Source: the human T2T-CHM13v2.0 reference genome, Homo sapiens
Length of the DNA stretch: 64,000 nt
Reading direction: 5' to 3' (one strand)
NCBI RefSeq assembly: GCF_009914755.1
Contig: NC_060938.1
Of this stretch, positions 31,740 to 42,940 are shown in pieces. Within the stretch, counting starts at the first letter, position 1, and the number at the start of each line of letters is the position of its first letter. A model generated the notes under the pieces. That model was not told the origin of the DNA. It did not search any database and saw nothing but the letters and a program-made list of their open reading frames with translations. The translations under genes and the position numbers were made by a program.

Positions 31740-32576
31740 TTAGCTACCTAAGAAATGTAATTTAAAATCACAGTGAGATGGAACTATATATCCACTAGAA
31801 TTCACTAAAATTGAAAATACTGAGAATGCCAAGGATATACAATAATTGGAAATCTTGTACGGTGACAGTGAAAATGTAAAATAGCACAACAACTTTGGAA
31901 AACTTTTGACAGTTTTTTAAAAATTTAAAGAAGCCCCTACTATATGACTAAACAATTCTAATCCTAAATATTAACTGATGAAAAAAGAAATATATGTCTA
32001 ATGAAAGAATTGTACACTAATGCTTATGACAGCTTTATTATGAATAGCAAAAACTGGAAACAGCCCAAGTGTCCATAACTAGGTGAAGAGATAAGCAAAA
32101 TGTGGTAAATCCATGTAATTGACTTCTACTCATCAATGAAAATAAACTATTGAAACATTTAAAAAAACCTGATAAATCTCAAAATAATTATGCTAAAAAA
32201 GCCAGGCACAGAAGTGATTTTACATATTATTCCATTTTTATAAAATTATAGAAAATGCCAAATAATTTATAGGGACAGAGAGCAAATTTGTCCCAAATCT
32301 ATAGGGACAGGGTTTGGGGGAGAAGAAAATAATGAATTACCCAGTGACATGAAGAAACCTTTGAGGGTGATTAAAATGTTGTGAAATACGAGAATTTCAG
32401 GAATAAAGAGAAGCTTCTAAAAACTCATAGAAAAAAAGCAGAAGGGCTATAAAGGATCAAGAATTGGGAGAACATCAGAACACTCAATCATAATGACTCA
32501 AATCAAAATGATGTCAAACCTAGAATGTTATAACAAATTACCTTAATTATCAATTATGAGGAGTTACAAGAAGCGG

Positions 32577-32803
32577 TTTTTGGTTTTTGTTTGTTTGTTT
32601 TTTGAGGCAAAGTCTCACTCTGTAGCCCAGGCTGGAGTGCAGTGTGCGATCTCAGGTCACTGTAACCTCTGCCTCCCGAGTTCAAGAGATTCTCATGCTT
32701 CAGCCTCCAAGTAGCTGGAATTACAGGCACCCGCCACCACACCCAGCTAATTTTTGCCCTCCCAACGTGCTGGGATTTCAGGCATGAGCCACTGAACCTG
32801 GCC
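32577..32803 (-). mobile_element. Alu with an internal deletion of the left arm
   Basis: ...gctaatttttg|ccctcccaacgtgctgggat... junction. Confidence 0.9.
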
Positions 32804-33639
32804 AAGAAGCATATTTTTATTTCATCACTCATGCCTACTTCCTCAGAAAGCTACTGGAAAATGTACTCCTTCGAAATGAGTTTAAGCCAAATGAGAGTAA
32901 GACATGAGATCCAGGTAAGAGGAGCTAAAAACAGGTTAAAAAGCAACAGAATTCCCAGGAAGATCATGAAGCAGACTCACAAAACAACAGTAGTATGGCA
33001 GATCATGGAGAAAGAAGGGATCTAGGAGGATGCTTTCCAGGGGAAAAAAATGAATTCATAGATTATTCTATACACCTGGTTACATTGAGAAGCGATTTAC
33101 AGTTCTGCCAGAGAGTTTGAATAAGAATTAGTATTAAGTACCTGGGGAAGAAAAACAAGCAAAGAAAAAATGAAGCAATTATTAAGCCTAGGAAGTTTTA
33201 TAATAAGGAAGTAAGACAAAAAGTTTTACAAAAATAGGAAGTAAAGTCCTAGTACACTAAGGAAGTATGAATAATATTTGCATAGTCAAAATAATGTAAC
33301 CAAAATAATAAAAGTTGAGATATACCTACATTGGTGGAAGAAAGAGGAAGTGTGTGTTTGGGGTGTGGGTAGCTGTAGAAGAGCTAAATATTCCTCTGAA
33401 CTACTAGGACGTCATTGAAATTGACTGATGGTGTCCACAATTGAAATTTTAAAACTAGTTGTATTAGTATGTACTTTAGAGATATGGATGTAAATGACAG
33501 AAGAAAGAGCCAAAAAAATATAGAGCAGTTGCTGCTGGGGAACAGGTCCCATGAATAGGGAAGGGTGGGGCAATTTCTATTTTTCTCTGTAAGTGTTTAT
33601 AGTATAATTTGACTGTATTTTGATCATGAGAGTGACAGG

Positions 33640-34400
33640 ATGTTACTGATATTTTTTGAAGTCTTCACTGCCAGTTCTGTGAAAAGGGAAAGAACAGAAA
33701 TAGGGAGAATCTTTAGAAGGTGTAATAGGACAGGAAGAAGATGACAATGCTTGGTCTAGGTTGGAGCACCAGAGATGGTAAGAAGTGGTGGAATTAGAGA
33801 TATGTTTGTTGATAATAAAGTTGATAGAACTTGCTAATCTACTGAATATGGAGAGTGAGGGAAAAGGGAGCCGTGAACGATTCCTAGGTTTCTCACTCAA
33901 GCAGGTAGTTATGAATGGTAGAGTCATTTATTAAAATGGAGAAAGTCTAAGAACTAAATGTGACAGAGGAATCCATACTTCTGTTTTGGACATGTTGAGT
34001 TTGAGAAAGTGATTAAAGGCAAGGACTCTGGATGAAATGGCTTGAGTTTGAATCCCAGATTCACTGCCTACTAGCTGTGTGACCCTGAGTAAGTCATTTA
34101 ACCTCTCTGTGTGTCATTTTCCTATTCTGTGAAATACAATAGAAATAATAATTTGTCTGCTTCGTAAAGCTGTTGTAAGAATCAAACTGTTAATTAATTG
34201 GTAGGGATCATTGTGTGATTCACTGATTTATTCCAAGCTCCTAGAACAGTGCCTGGAAGAGAGTGGGTGCTTAATAAATACTGCTGAATGAAGGAATGGA
34301 TGTCTATTACACATTTGAGAGGAGAGGTTGAATAGATAGATATATAGACATACAACTCTGGAAATTAGAGCCAGACATAAGTTGGGAGTCATCAGTAAAT
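33640..34400 (-). mobile_element. L2 fragment with a nested MIR (34020-34200)
   Basis: ttctgttttggacatgttgagtttgag L2 motif; MIR core ctagctgtgtgaccctgagtaagtcatttaacctctctg. Confidence 0.7.
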
Positions 34401-34461
34401 AGATATTTAAGTTAAGAAAGAAGTTATAATATAAGGAAAGTTCTTTAGATCTTAAAACTTA

Positions 34462-34963
<502 letters not shown>

Positions 34964-35301
34964 TCAGATATTTATGTTAAATGATGGACAAAAAATTCAA
35001 CATAGGCGAAGGAATTGAAAGTAAAATATGAAAACAAAACCCCAAAATTGTTGAAGGAATTATGGGCAAATATTTACACTGATCTTGAGATGGGGAAGGA
35101 CTTATTAAATGTTAACGCCATGGAACAAATCACAAAGAAGAATAATAGATACTATTTTTAATAGATGACATAAACATTTAAAACTTCAGAACATTAAAAA
35201 GTCATAAATAAAATTTTTAAAATGACAAACTGGCAAAATATATTTGAAATATAATGGATAAATGATGAATATTACATCATTATAATTTATTAAGAAAAGT
35301 A

Positions 35302-37848
35302 GGTTTGCAGCTGCAGCACATCAAAGTTACCGATTTTTTATGATGTTTGGTGGCTATGAGACTATAGAAGCATATGAAGATGATCTTTATAGGGACGAGT
35401 TATCTAGTGAACTGAGTGTTGATAGTGAGGTGGAATTTCAACTCTATAGCCGAATTTATTATGCCCAAGATCTTGATGATGTCATCAGGGAGGAAGAACA
35501 TGAAAAAAAGAACTCTGGGAATTTGGAATCTTCGAGTAGTAAACCAAATCAGAAGAAGCTAATTGTCCTTTCAGATAGTGAGGTCATCCAGCTGTCAGAT
35601 GGGTCAGAGGTCATCACTGTCTGATGAAGATAGTATTTATAGATGTAAATGAAAGAATGTTAGAGCTCAAGCACAAGAAAATACCCATGGTCCTTCTGCT
35701 TTTCTTCAATCTAATGAGCTGTTTGATAAGAAATGCAAGAGTGATATTGAAGAGAGATCAGGTGTAATCCAAGAGGCCATGATTATAGAGGTCAGTTCAA
35801 GTGCAGAGGAAGAGAGCACCATTTCAGAAGGCAATAATGTGGAAAGCTGGATGCTACTGGGATGTGAAATAGATGATAAAGATAATGATATCCTTCTCAA
35901 CCTTCTGGGATGTGAAAACTCTGTTACTGAAGGAGAAGATGGTATAAACTGGTTCATCAGTGACAAAGACATTGAGGCCCAGATAGCTAATAACCAATAA
36001 CCTGGAAGATGGACCCAGCGATATTATTCAGCCAATGAAAACATTATCTGTAGAAATTGTGACAAACACGGCCATTTATCAAAAAACTGTCCCTTACCAT
36101 GAAAAGTTCGTTGCTGCTTCCTGTGCTCCTGGAGAGGACACCTCCTGTATTCCTGTCCAGCCCCCCTTTGCAAATACTGTCCTGTGCCTAAGATGTTGGA
36201 CCACTCATGTCTTTTCAGACATTCTTGGGATAAACAGTGTGACCAATGTCATATGCTAGGCCACTATACAGATGCTTGCACAGAAATCTGGAGGCAATAT
36301 CACCTCACGACCAAACCCAGACCACCCAAAAAGCCGAAGACCCTTCAAAACCATCAGCCTTAGCATATTGCTGTCACTGCATGCAAAAGGCCATTATGGA
36401 CACAAGTGTCCAGAAAGAGAAGTGTATGACCTGTCTCCAGTATCTCCATTCATCTGCTACTATGATGACAAATATGAAGTTAAGGAGAGAAAAAAGAGAG
36501 TAAAATAAAAAATAAAAGTACTCAAGAAGAGTGGGGATATCCCAGAGCCATCCAAGCTACCTTACATAAAAGCAGCAAATGAGAACCCCCATCATGATAT
36601 AAAGAAGGGCTGTGCCTCATTAAAAAGCAACAGGTGGCCTCAAGAAAATAAAGAAACACAAAAAGAAATGAAGAATAAGAATAGAAAACTGGGAGAAGCA
36701 CAGGAAGGCTGACAGACATCGTGAAGTGGATGAGGATTTTCCCTGGGGCCCCAAAACCTACTCTTCTCCTGGCAGTTTTAAAACCCAGAAGCCTTCCAAG
36801 CTCCAAGCCCTTTCATCATTCATCGCATTGCCATATATCGAGAGAAGACAAGTCTCCCAAGGAGGGTAAGAAGGGCAAGAGAAGAAAAAGGAGAGATGCT
36901 TGGAAGATGATGACAATGATAACTTATTTCTTATTAAGGAGAGGAAAAAAAAGTCTTAAACTGTCAGGCAGCCTCTAATGTGGCTTTCCGTTGTTCATTT
37001 GGCCTTTGCGTCCATAACCTTCTGGCAATGTGTTTATTATCTGTGATTAAATAAAGTCAGTTTGGGTTTTGCATTTTTAATTTCAGCCATTCCTAGAGTT
37101 GCTGGACATCCATGGAGATCTCAATTATCTATGTCCAACAGGTTATTAGGTAAGAAAGTAGAAAGATAAACCTGGACTTCTCCTGTTCCAATATGTCATC
37201 TTTACTCAGAATCCTAGGGCTAGGAAGAAGAACTCATCTTTTCAAGAAAGCTTTTTCAAAATCCTTTGGAAAAAAAACCGCATCAAAGGTAATTCATCCT
37301 CAGCATGAGTATGAAATTAAATCCTTGTAGGAAGAGAAATTAACACTAAGAAAAAGTCTTCAGTATTTTTCAACTTTTTTTTTTACATTGAAAAGGACAA
37401 TAACTATAAATTTACATCCAGCTTTTCTCGCTGCTGAAGTTGTTATCAGAATCTTCCTTTGGACAAAACATCACAAGCTGACTGTAAAAACAAAAGCGCC
37501 ATCATTGAAGCCCTGAAGAGGCAGGGAATTGGGCTTCAGCAAAATACAGGTAAAGAATCCATCCGGTATAAATATCAGAAGACAGATTTCCTAAAACAAG
37601 TGAAAGAGACATCAAAAATTTTAACGTAATCACAATGAAATCATTTTTTACCACTTTTACAGTGATGTTTGAAGTGGACTGTCACTCAGATCTGTAGAGA
37701 TGACTATTACTCAAAAAATTGTTTTGTTCTCTTGTATGTTTTTAACTACCACAAAGCTATATAGAATTTTTGGTACTTGTGGATCTTTTGTACTTCTCAT
37801 ACCCTAATGTCAGAATAAGAAAAATAAAATATCAAATAGGAAAAAAAA
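35302..37848 (+). pseudogene. ZCCHC7: Processed pseudogene of ZCCHC7 (AIR1/2-like Zn-knuckle protein of the TRAMP complex); CDS remnant 35340-36959, 3'UTR to ~37840
   Basis: Translation [20 protein letters not shown]...; CX2CX4HX4C knuckles ([14 protein letters not shown] etc.); C-terminus ...RKKKS-stop. No introns; several frameshifts and stops. AATAAA at ~37823, A-tract, and TSD AA(G/A)AAAAGTA at 35292-35301 / 37842-37851 at a TT|AAGA L1-EN site inside an old L1. Confidence 0.96.
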
Positions 37849-37851
37849 GTA

Positions 37852-38790
37852 TTAGCACACTGATAAAAGAATTGACAGAATAAATAAATGGAAAATTCAT
37901 AGAAGAAAAATACAAATAAATAACAAACATACGAATAACTTTAGTCTCTAGCAATTAATCAAAAACATATAACTGGGCAGAAAAATTTTTTGTATCAAAT
38001 TAGCAAAAACTATAAAAATTATAATATTCAGTGTTACCAAAGATGTAGAGAAATTAGTACTCACAACACATTTTAGATGGGAAAACTCTCCAGTAGGAGT
38101 CTTGAAAATAAATATCAAAAGCTTAAATTTTTTTAGCATCTTTCATTCCAAGGTTTCATTTTTAGGAAAATTAAAATATGCCATTAAAAGTAATGATGTC
38201 AATCTGGTATTTTTTAATATGAAAAGATGTCCAAAATAGATTACTAAGAGCAAAAAGGGTTCAAAACAGAGTATACTGTGGTTCCTGTTTTGTTCCAATA
38301 TGCTGTCTGAAAGAAAGATCAAAATGAATACATTGAAACCATAGAAATGATTATCTTTTGGTGGAAAAATTGGGGGTGATTTTATTTCAAATTTATACTT
38401 TACATATGCCAAATTTTCTGTAGTGGACACATTTCCTAATTATAAAACATTTCAGTTATAAATTCAATATAGTACTATGTAGGATATTTCTATTAGAAAA
38501 GTTTACTAAGATAGTTTGAGATTCAAAATAATGGTTGATGAAATGTAATATTATAATTGAAATTCATTCATGATAAAAAATGGATCTATGAAAAGATCAT
38601 CAAAGAATATGGAAGCCATGAGGTGAAAAATTGATGGGGAATGTTGTAATGGATATATCAGTTTGGCAACACCTGGGCCCCTGGATTAGTTTTAGCACCA
38701 CTAAAAGTAGAACAATCAGACATTAAGACATTATGTGTCTTGCACTGTGATACAATAGGATGTACCTGGCACTACCAATGAATATTCTTG
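37852..38790 (+). mobile_element. Old L1 (L1ME/L1MC-like) 3' fragments; host of the pseudogene, continuing from 34960-35290
   Basis: Degenerate L1 ORF2-end/3'UTR motifs on both sides of the retrocopy. Confidence 0.6.
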
Positions 38791-38931
38791 AAGAAAGAAA
38801 GACAGGAAGGAAGGAAGGAAGGAGGGAAGGAAGGAAAGAGGGAAGGAAGGAAAGGAAGGAAAGGAAGGAAGGAAGAAAGGAAGGAAGGAAGGAAGGAAGG
38901 AAGGAAGGAAGGAAGGAAGGAAGGAAGGAAG
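38791..38931 (+). repeat. (GGAA)n polypurine microsatellite
   Basis: ~140 bp nearly pure purine tract including 13 uninterrupted GGAA units at 38879-38930. Confidence 0.97.
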
Positions 38932-38942
38932 GGGGAACCTAA

Positions 38943-39405
38943 ATGGATGTCCAGCAACTCTAGGAATGGCTGAAATTAAAAATGCAAAACCCAAACTGAC
39001 TTTATTTAATCATAAATAATAAACACATTGCCAGAAGGTTATGGACGCAAAGGCCAAATGAACAACGGAAAGCCACATTAGAGGCTGCCTGACAGTTTAA
39101 GACTTTTTTTTCCTCTCCTTAATAAGAAATAAGTTATCATTGTCATCATCTTCCAAGCATCTCTCCTTTTTCTTCTCTTGCCCTTCTTACCCTCCTTGGG
39201 AGACTTGTCTTCTCTCGATATATGGTAATGCGATGAATGATGAAAGGGCTTGGAAGGCTTCTGGGTTTTAAAACTGCCAGGAGAAGAGTAGGTTTTGGGG
39301 CCCCAGGGAAAATCCTCATCCACTTCACGATGTCTGTCAGCCTTCCTGTGCTTCTCCCAGTTTTCTATTCTTGTTCTTCATTTCTTTTTGTGTTTTCTTT
39401 ATTTT
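38943..39405 (-). pseudogene. ZCCHC7: Inverted partial duplicate of the ZCCHC7 pseudogene (copy of 36645-37113)
   Basis: Reverse complement aligns to 36645-37113 with 4 substitutions and 2 indels by eye; same frameshifted C-terminal peptide KEGKKGKRRKRRDAWKMMTMITY. Confidence 0.96.
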
Positions 39406-39437
39406 GCTGGGATTACAGGCGTGAGCCTGCGCCCGGC
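39406..39437 (-). mobile_element. Alu 5' stub (first ~32 nt only)
   Basis: Reverse complement gccgggcgcaggctcacgcctgtaatcccagc, fused directly to the inverted copy. Confidence 0.88.
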
Positions 39438-41140
39438 TGAATCAGGAGCATTTGTAAGGCTGCATTCCTCTTCCAGGATACTGCATGTCTAAATCCAACA
39501 AGATGTTCTTTGAGATCTCTGAATTGGGAGGCTGTAAGCTAACCTCGCATTTTCTGTTACACAACTAGCTCAGCACACTTGCTCTGCACCTTTGCTGCCC
39601 ACTAGAATAAAAGTGTCATGAGGATAGGGCCCAGGCTTGTCAGAGTCACCCTCATGACCCCACCCCCTGCTACAATGCCTGGCACATAGTAAGTGCTCAA
39701 TGAATACTATTTGACTAATTGATGTAGTACCTTTTTGTTACAAAATGATTTCCCAATCCCCTCTACCCTATTCTTAATATAAAGATTTGTGTTTTTTTAC
39801 TGAGAAATGGCAAATAAAGGCTTTGGACCCCCTGAAGATTAAATACTAAAATCCCCATAACAATTTTTTTGGTGGTGTTCTTATGGGACTGCGTGAATTC
39901 GAAGGACGTTTATAATGCCTCATAATGCTCTAGGAAGTGAGCCAAGAACTCCACCATCACTAGGAGTTTCAAAACCTTGAGAACTTTTCTCCCGGTGTGT
40001 TTAAGAGTATGCAGGCTCATTCTGCGCAAGAAATGTACTGGCTTATGTTGACATTTTTGTCTTTCCCTACCTCCCCACTAAGTACCACGGCAGTTTCTTT
40101 TCAGGGTCATACACGATTCCAGCAGCCTTTTTGGTGAGTGGAAGATAGCCCTACATGCTTCCCCCAGCTCACACGGCTCTAATAAGAGACAATCCCCGCA
40201 ACACAGTACAGTTTCCCAGCAGGATAAAAACTAGTTTCTAAAAGGTAATATTTCTCTCTTGAGAAAGCATAGTTTGTAACTCTGGCACTATCAAATTTCC
40301 AGGTCATCTTTGCTTGCTGGGAAAAAGAATCCTTATGAAGAGAAGTTGCTCCCTGGAGGGAGAAGAAGGCAACAATTGCCCCCTGAACCGACCCAGTGTC
40401 CTGGAAGGATGGCTACAATGGACCCCAGGGAGGCCGCCAAGCTGTTGGTCAAAGGAGGCATGGGTGACCATAGAAGGGAAGATCCCTTAAATGGAATGAC
40501 TTGCGTGGCCCCTCAGGAAAGCTCTCACAAACCGACCAACGCGGTCACCAACCATGCTCTGATCATTTTCAAGTTGTTGAAGTTGCTCAGCGGATTAATA
40601 GGATATTGCACTGGCTTTCTCAAATGCACACACACAGAATCACTTAATGCCATTTTCAAGGACAAAAAAAAAAAAAGAGAGAGAGAGAGAGAGAGATCCA
40701 AAAGCCCTGCAAGTGAATAGAAAATAATAACAGCATAAAACAGACCCATCCTCCTCACCACCAAGCAGCGCTCCCCCACCAACCAAACAGCCAGCTCATG
40801 TCTCCTGTCTGTCCAGCAGGGAGAACACGTGATCTCCCACGGCATCTGCCTTGTACACTGTAAACCCTCTTCTGTCCCATTTCTTCTTCGTTGGGTCACC
40901 TCAGAAATAGAGAAGGGGGCTGTGCTAAGGAAAGTCCAGCTGAAAGTGCACACCCAATTTCCAGCCTCATTCTAGGCCAGAGAACACAACAAGGCAACTT
41001 CTTTGTGACCTCTGGAGTTTACCTTAATTTTTCAAAAGTCTAACTAGATCTAGTAAAGGGAGGGGGAAAAAAGTACTTGATGTAGAATTGCCTCCTGGAT
41101 GCCTGATTCAGGTAGAGGTTTACAACATAATTATTTGGTC

Positions 41141-41264
41141 ATATTTACCTAATGTCTTACCTGCTCTATTATCTGTTTTTTCAGATGTGTGCTGTTTTTG
41201 ATTTTTAATTGCTCTTATTTACCAAATGTCTTATTCATTATATTATCTGGTTTTTCAGATGTGT
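41141..41264. repeat. Imperfect ~74-bp-period tandem duplication, each unit carrying TTATCT-N7-CAGATG
   Basis: tatttacc(t/a)aatgtctta...tattatctg(t/g)tttttcagatgtgt at 41142-41190 and 41216-41264. Confidence 0.8.
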
Positions 41265-42359
41265 CCCCTTTTTTATTTCACTGTAAAGAGAGCCTGGCCT
41301 AGCACAACTGGCGACTCGCTTAGTAACCCAAGAACTGTCAAGCACCCTGTCCAGGTTGAGCTCAGAGATTTCATAGCTGTGACTGATGTTTCTTTTTATC
41401 TTATAAAAAGCAATGCTTTTTATAAGAACTAAATAGCTTGGCTTCAAAGGGAAAGTTTAAATACTGACAATTTTTGTGTAGCAAATGCCTTCAAATGTTC
41501 AAAAAGATTGTTTCTAAGGTATCCCCATCATTTTCTAAAAACAAACAAGCAAACACACAAACCTTCAGGATCTTTTGTAATTTAAAGAAGTTACATTAGT
41601 GCTTACATTTCCAAAAATACCCATATGGATAAATATAGTCTAGTGTGTCCATGGGAAAAGTTAACAAGGGAAACATATTTCCAAAAAATACAAAGTCAGT
41701 GACAGACTGAATGAATATAATATACTTGATAGTGTTTTGGATGTTCTATTTTATGTCTTGCCATTCTTTTTTTTTCACTCAAATACTAGACAGAAAAAAT
41801 ATTTTGGTATTTCTATTCTCTTCTAAGAAAGTCTAGGCTGCTTTACTTGCGGCCAAGCACAAAGTTAACTAGAATCCTTTAATAATATAGCTCACTGTAT
41901 AGATTCAGATAAGCTATGGGAAAAATCATGTCCAACAAAAGATCATAACGACATAGAGAAAATACCTGTAGCAGAGCATATTCCTGTTTTTCTTTTTCTA
42001 TCCAAACCAATGTTTAGAAGGAAGTGCATTATGTTCCCTCTTAAAGATTTTCCTTTCCTTCCTTTCCTTTCTTTTCCTTTTCCCTCTTAAAGCTTTTCTT
42101 CCTATCCTTTGTTTGACCGACGACATTATTCCTTGAGTTTTAATCAGCACTCACAAACTATATATACTGTCTCAGTCAGTTCAGTCAGTGTAATGCCATA
42201 GACTAGTTGGCTTAGCAAACATTTATTTCTCACAGTTCTGAAGCTGGAAGTCCAAGTCCAACATCAGACTGCCAGCCTATGCCCCTACACGGCCTTCCTT
42301 GGTGCATGCATATAGGGGAAGTCATAGCTTTTCTTCTCTTTTTAAAAAATTTTTATTGT

Positions 42360-42652
42360 GGCTGGGTATAGTGGCTCATGTCTTATAATGCCAGCACTTT
42401 GGGAGTCTGAGGTGGGAGGATCACTTGAGCTCAGGAGTTCAAGACTAGCCTGGGCAACACAGTGAGACCCATCTTTACAAAATATTTTTAAAAATTAGCT
42501 GGGCGTGGTGACATGTGCCTGTGGTCCCAGCTACTAGAGAGACTGAAGCAGAAGGATCTCTTGAGCCTGGGAGGCTGAAGCTTCAATAAGCCACGATTGA
42601 GCCACTACACTCTAGCCTGGGCAACAGAGCACGACTCCATCTCAAAAAATAA
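42360..42652 (+). mobile_element. AluJ
   Basis: Full diverged Alu dimer. Confidence 0.93.
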
Positions 42653-42669
42653 ACATGAAAGAGTATCAT

Positions 42670-42940
42670 CTTTTTAATTGACAAATAATGATTGCATCTA
42701 TTTATGGAGTAAATGTGATGTTTTGATACATGAATACATTGTGGCAGGATGTATATTCAAATCAGGCTAATTAACACATCTATCACCTCAAATATTTATC
42801 ATTCCTTTGTGGTAAGAACATTTAACATTTTCTCTTTTAGCTATTTTGAAATATACAATACATTATTATTAACTATACTCTTTATGCTGCTCAATAGAAC
42901 ACAAGAATTTAGTCCTCCTATCTAACTGAAACTTTGTACT
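42670..42940 (-). mobile_element. L1MA-type 3' end
   Basis: ttaattgacaaataat...tatcacctcaaatatttatc...ttttgaaatatacaatacattattattaactata. Confidence 0.85.

Noticed and set aside
35340-36959. Functional ZCCHC7 gene or intact retrogene
   Set aside because: Intronless with multiple frameshifts, premature stops (e.g. ~35650, ~36100) and a small in-CDS deletion
38731-38994. Repetitive EGRK / PSFL ORFs
   Set aside because: Translations of the (GGAA)n microsatellite
40310-40953. 136-aa and 142-aa opposing ORFs
   Set aside because: No recognisable domain, non-ATG starts, and both run through a polyA/(GA)n tract
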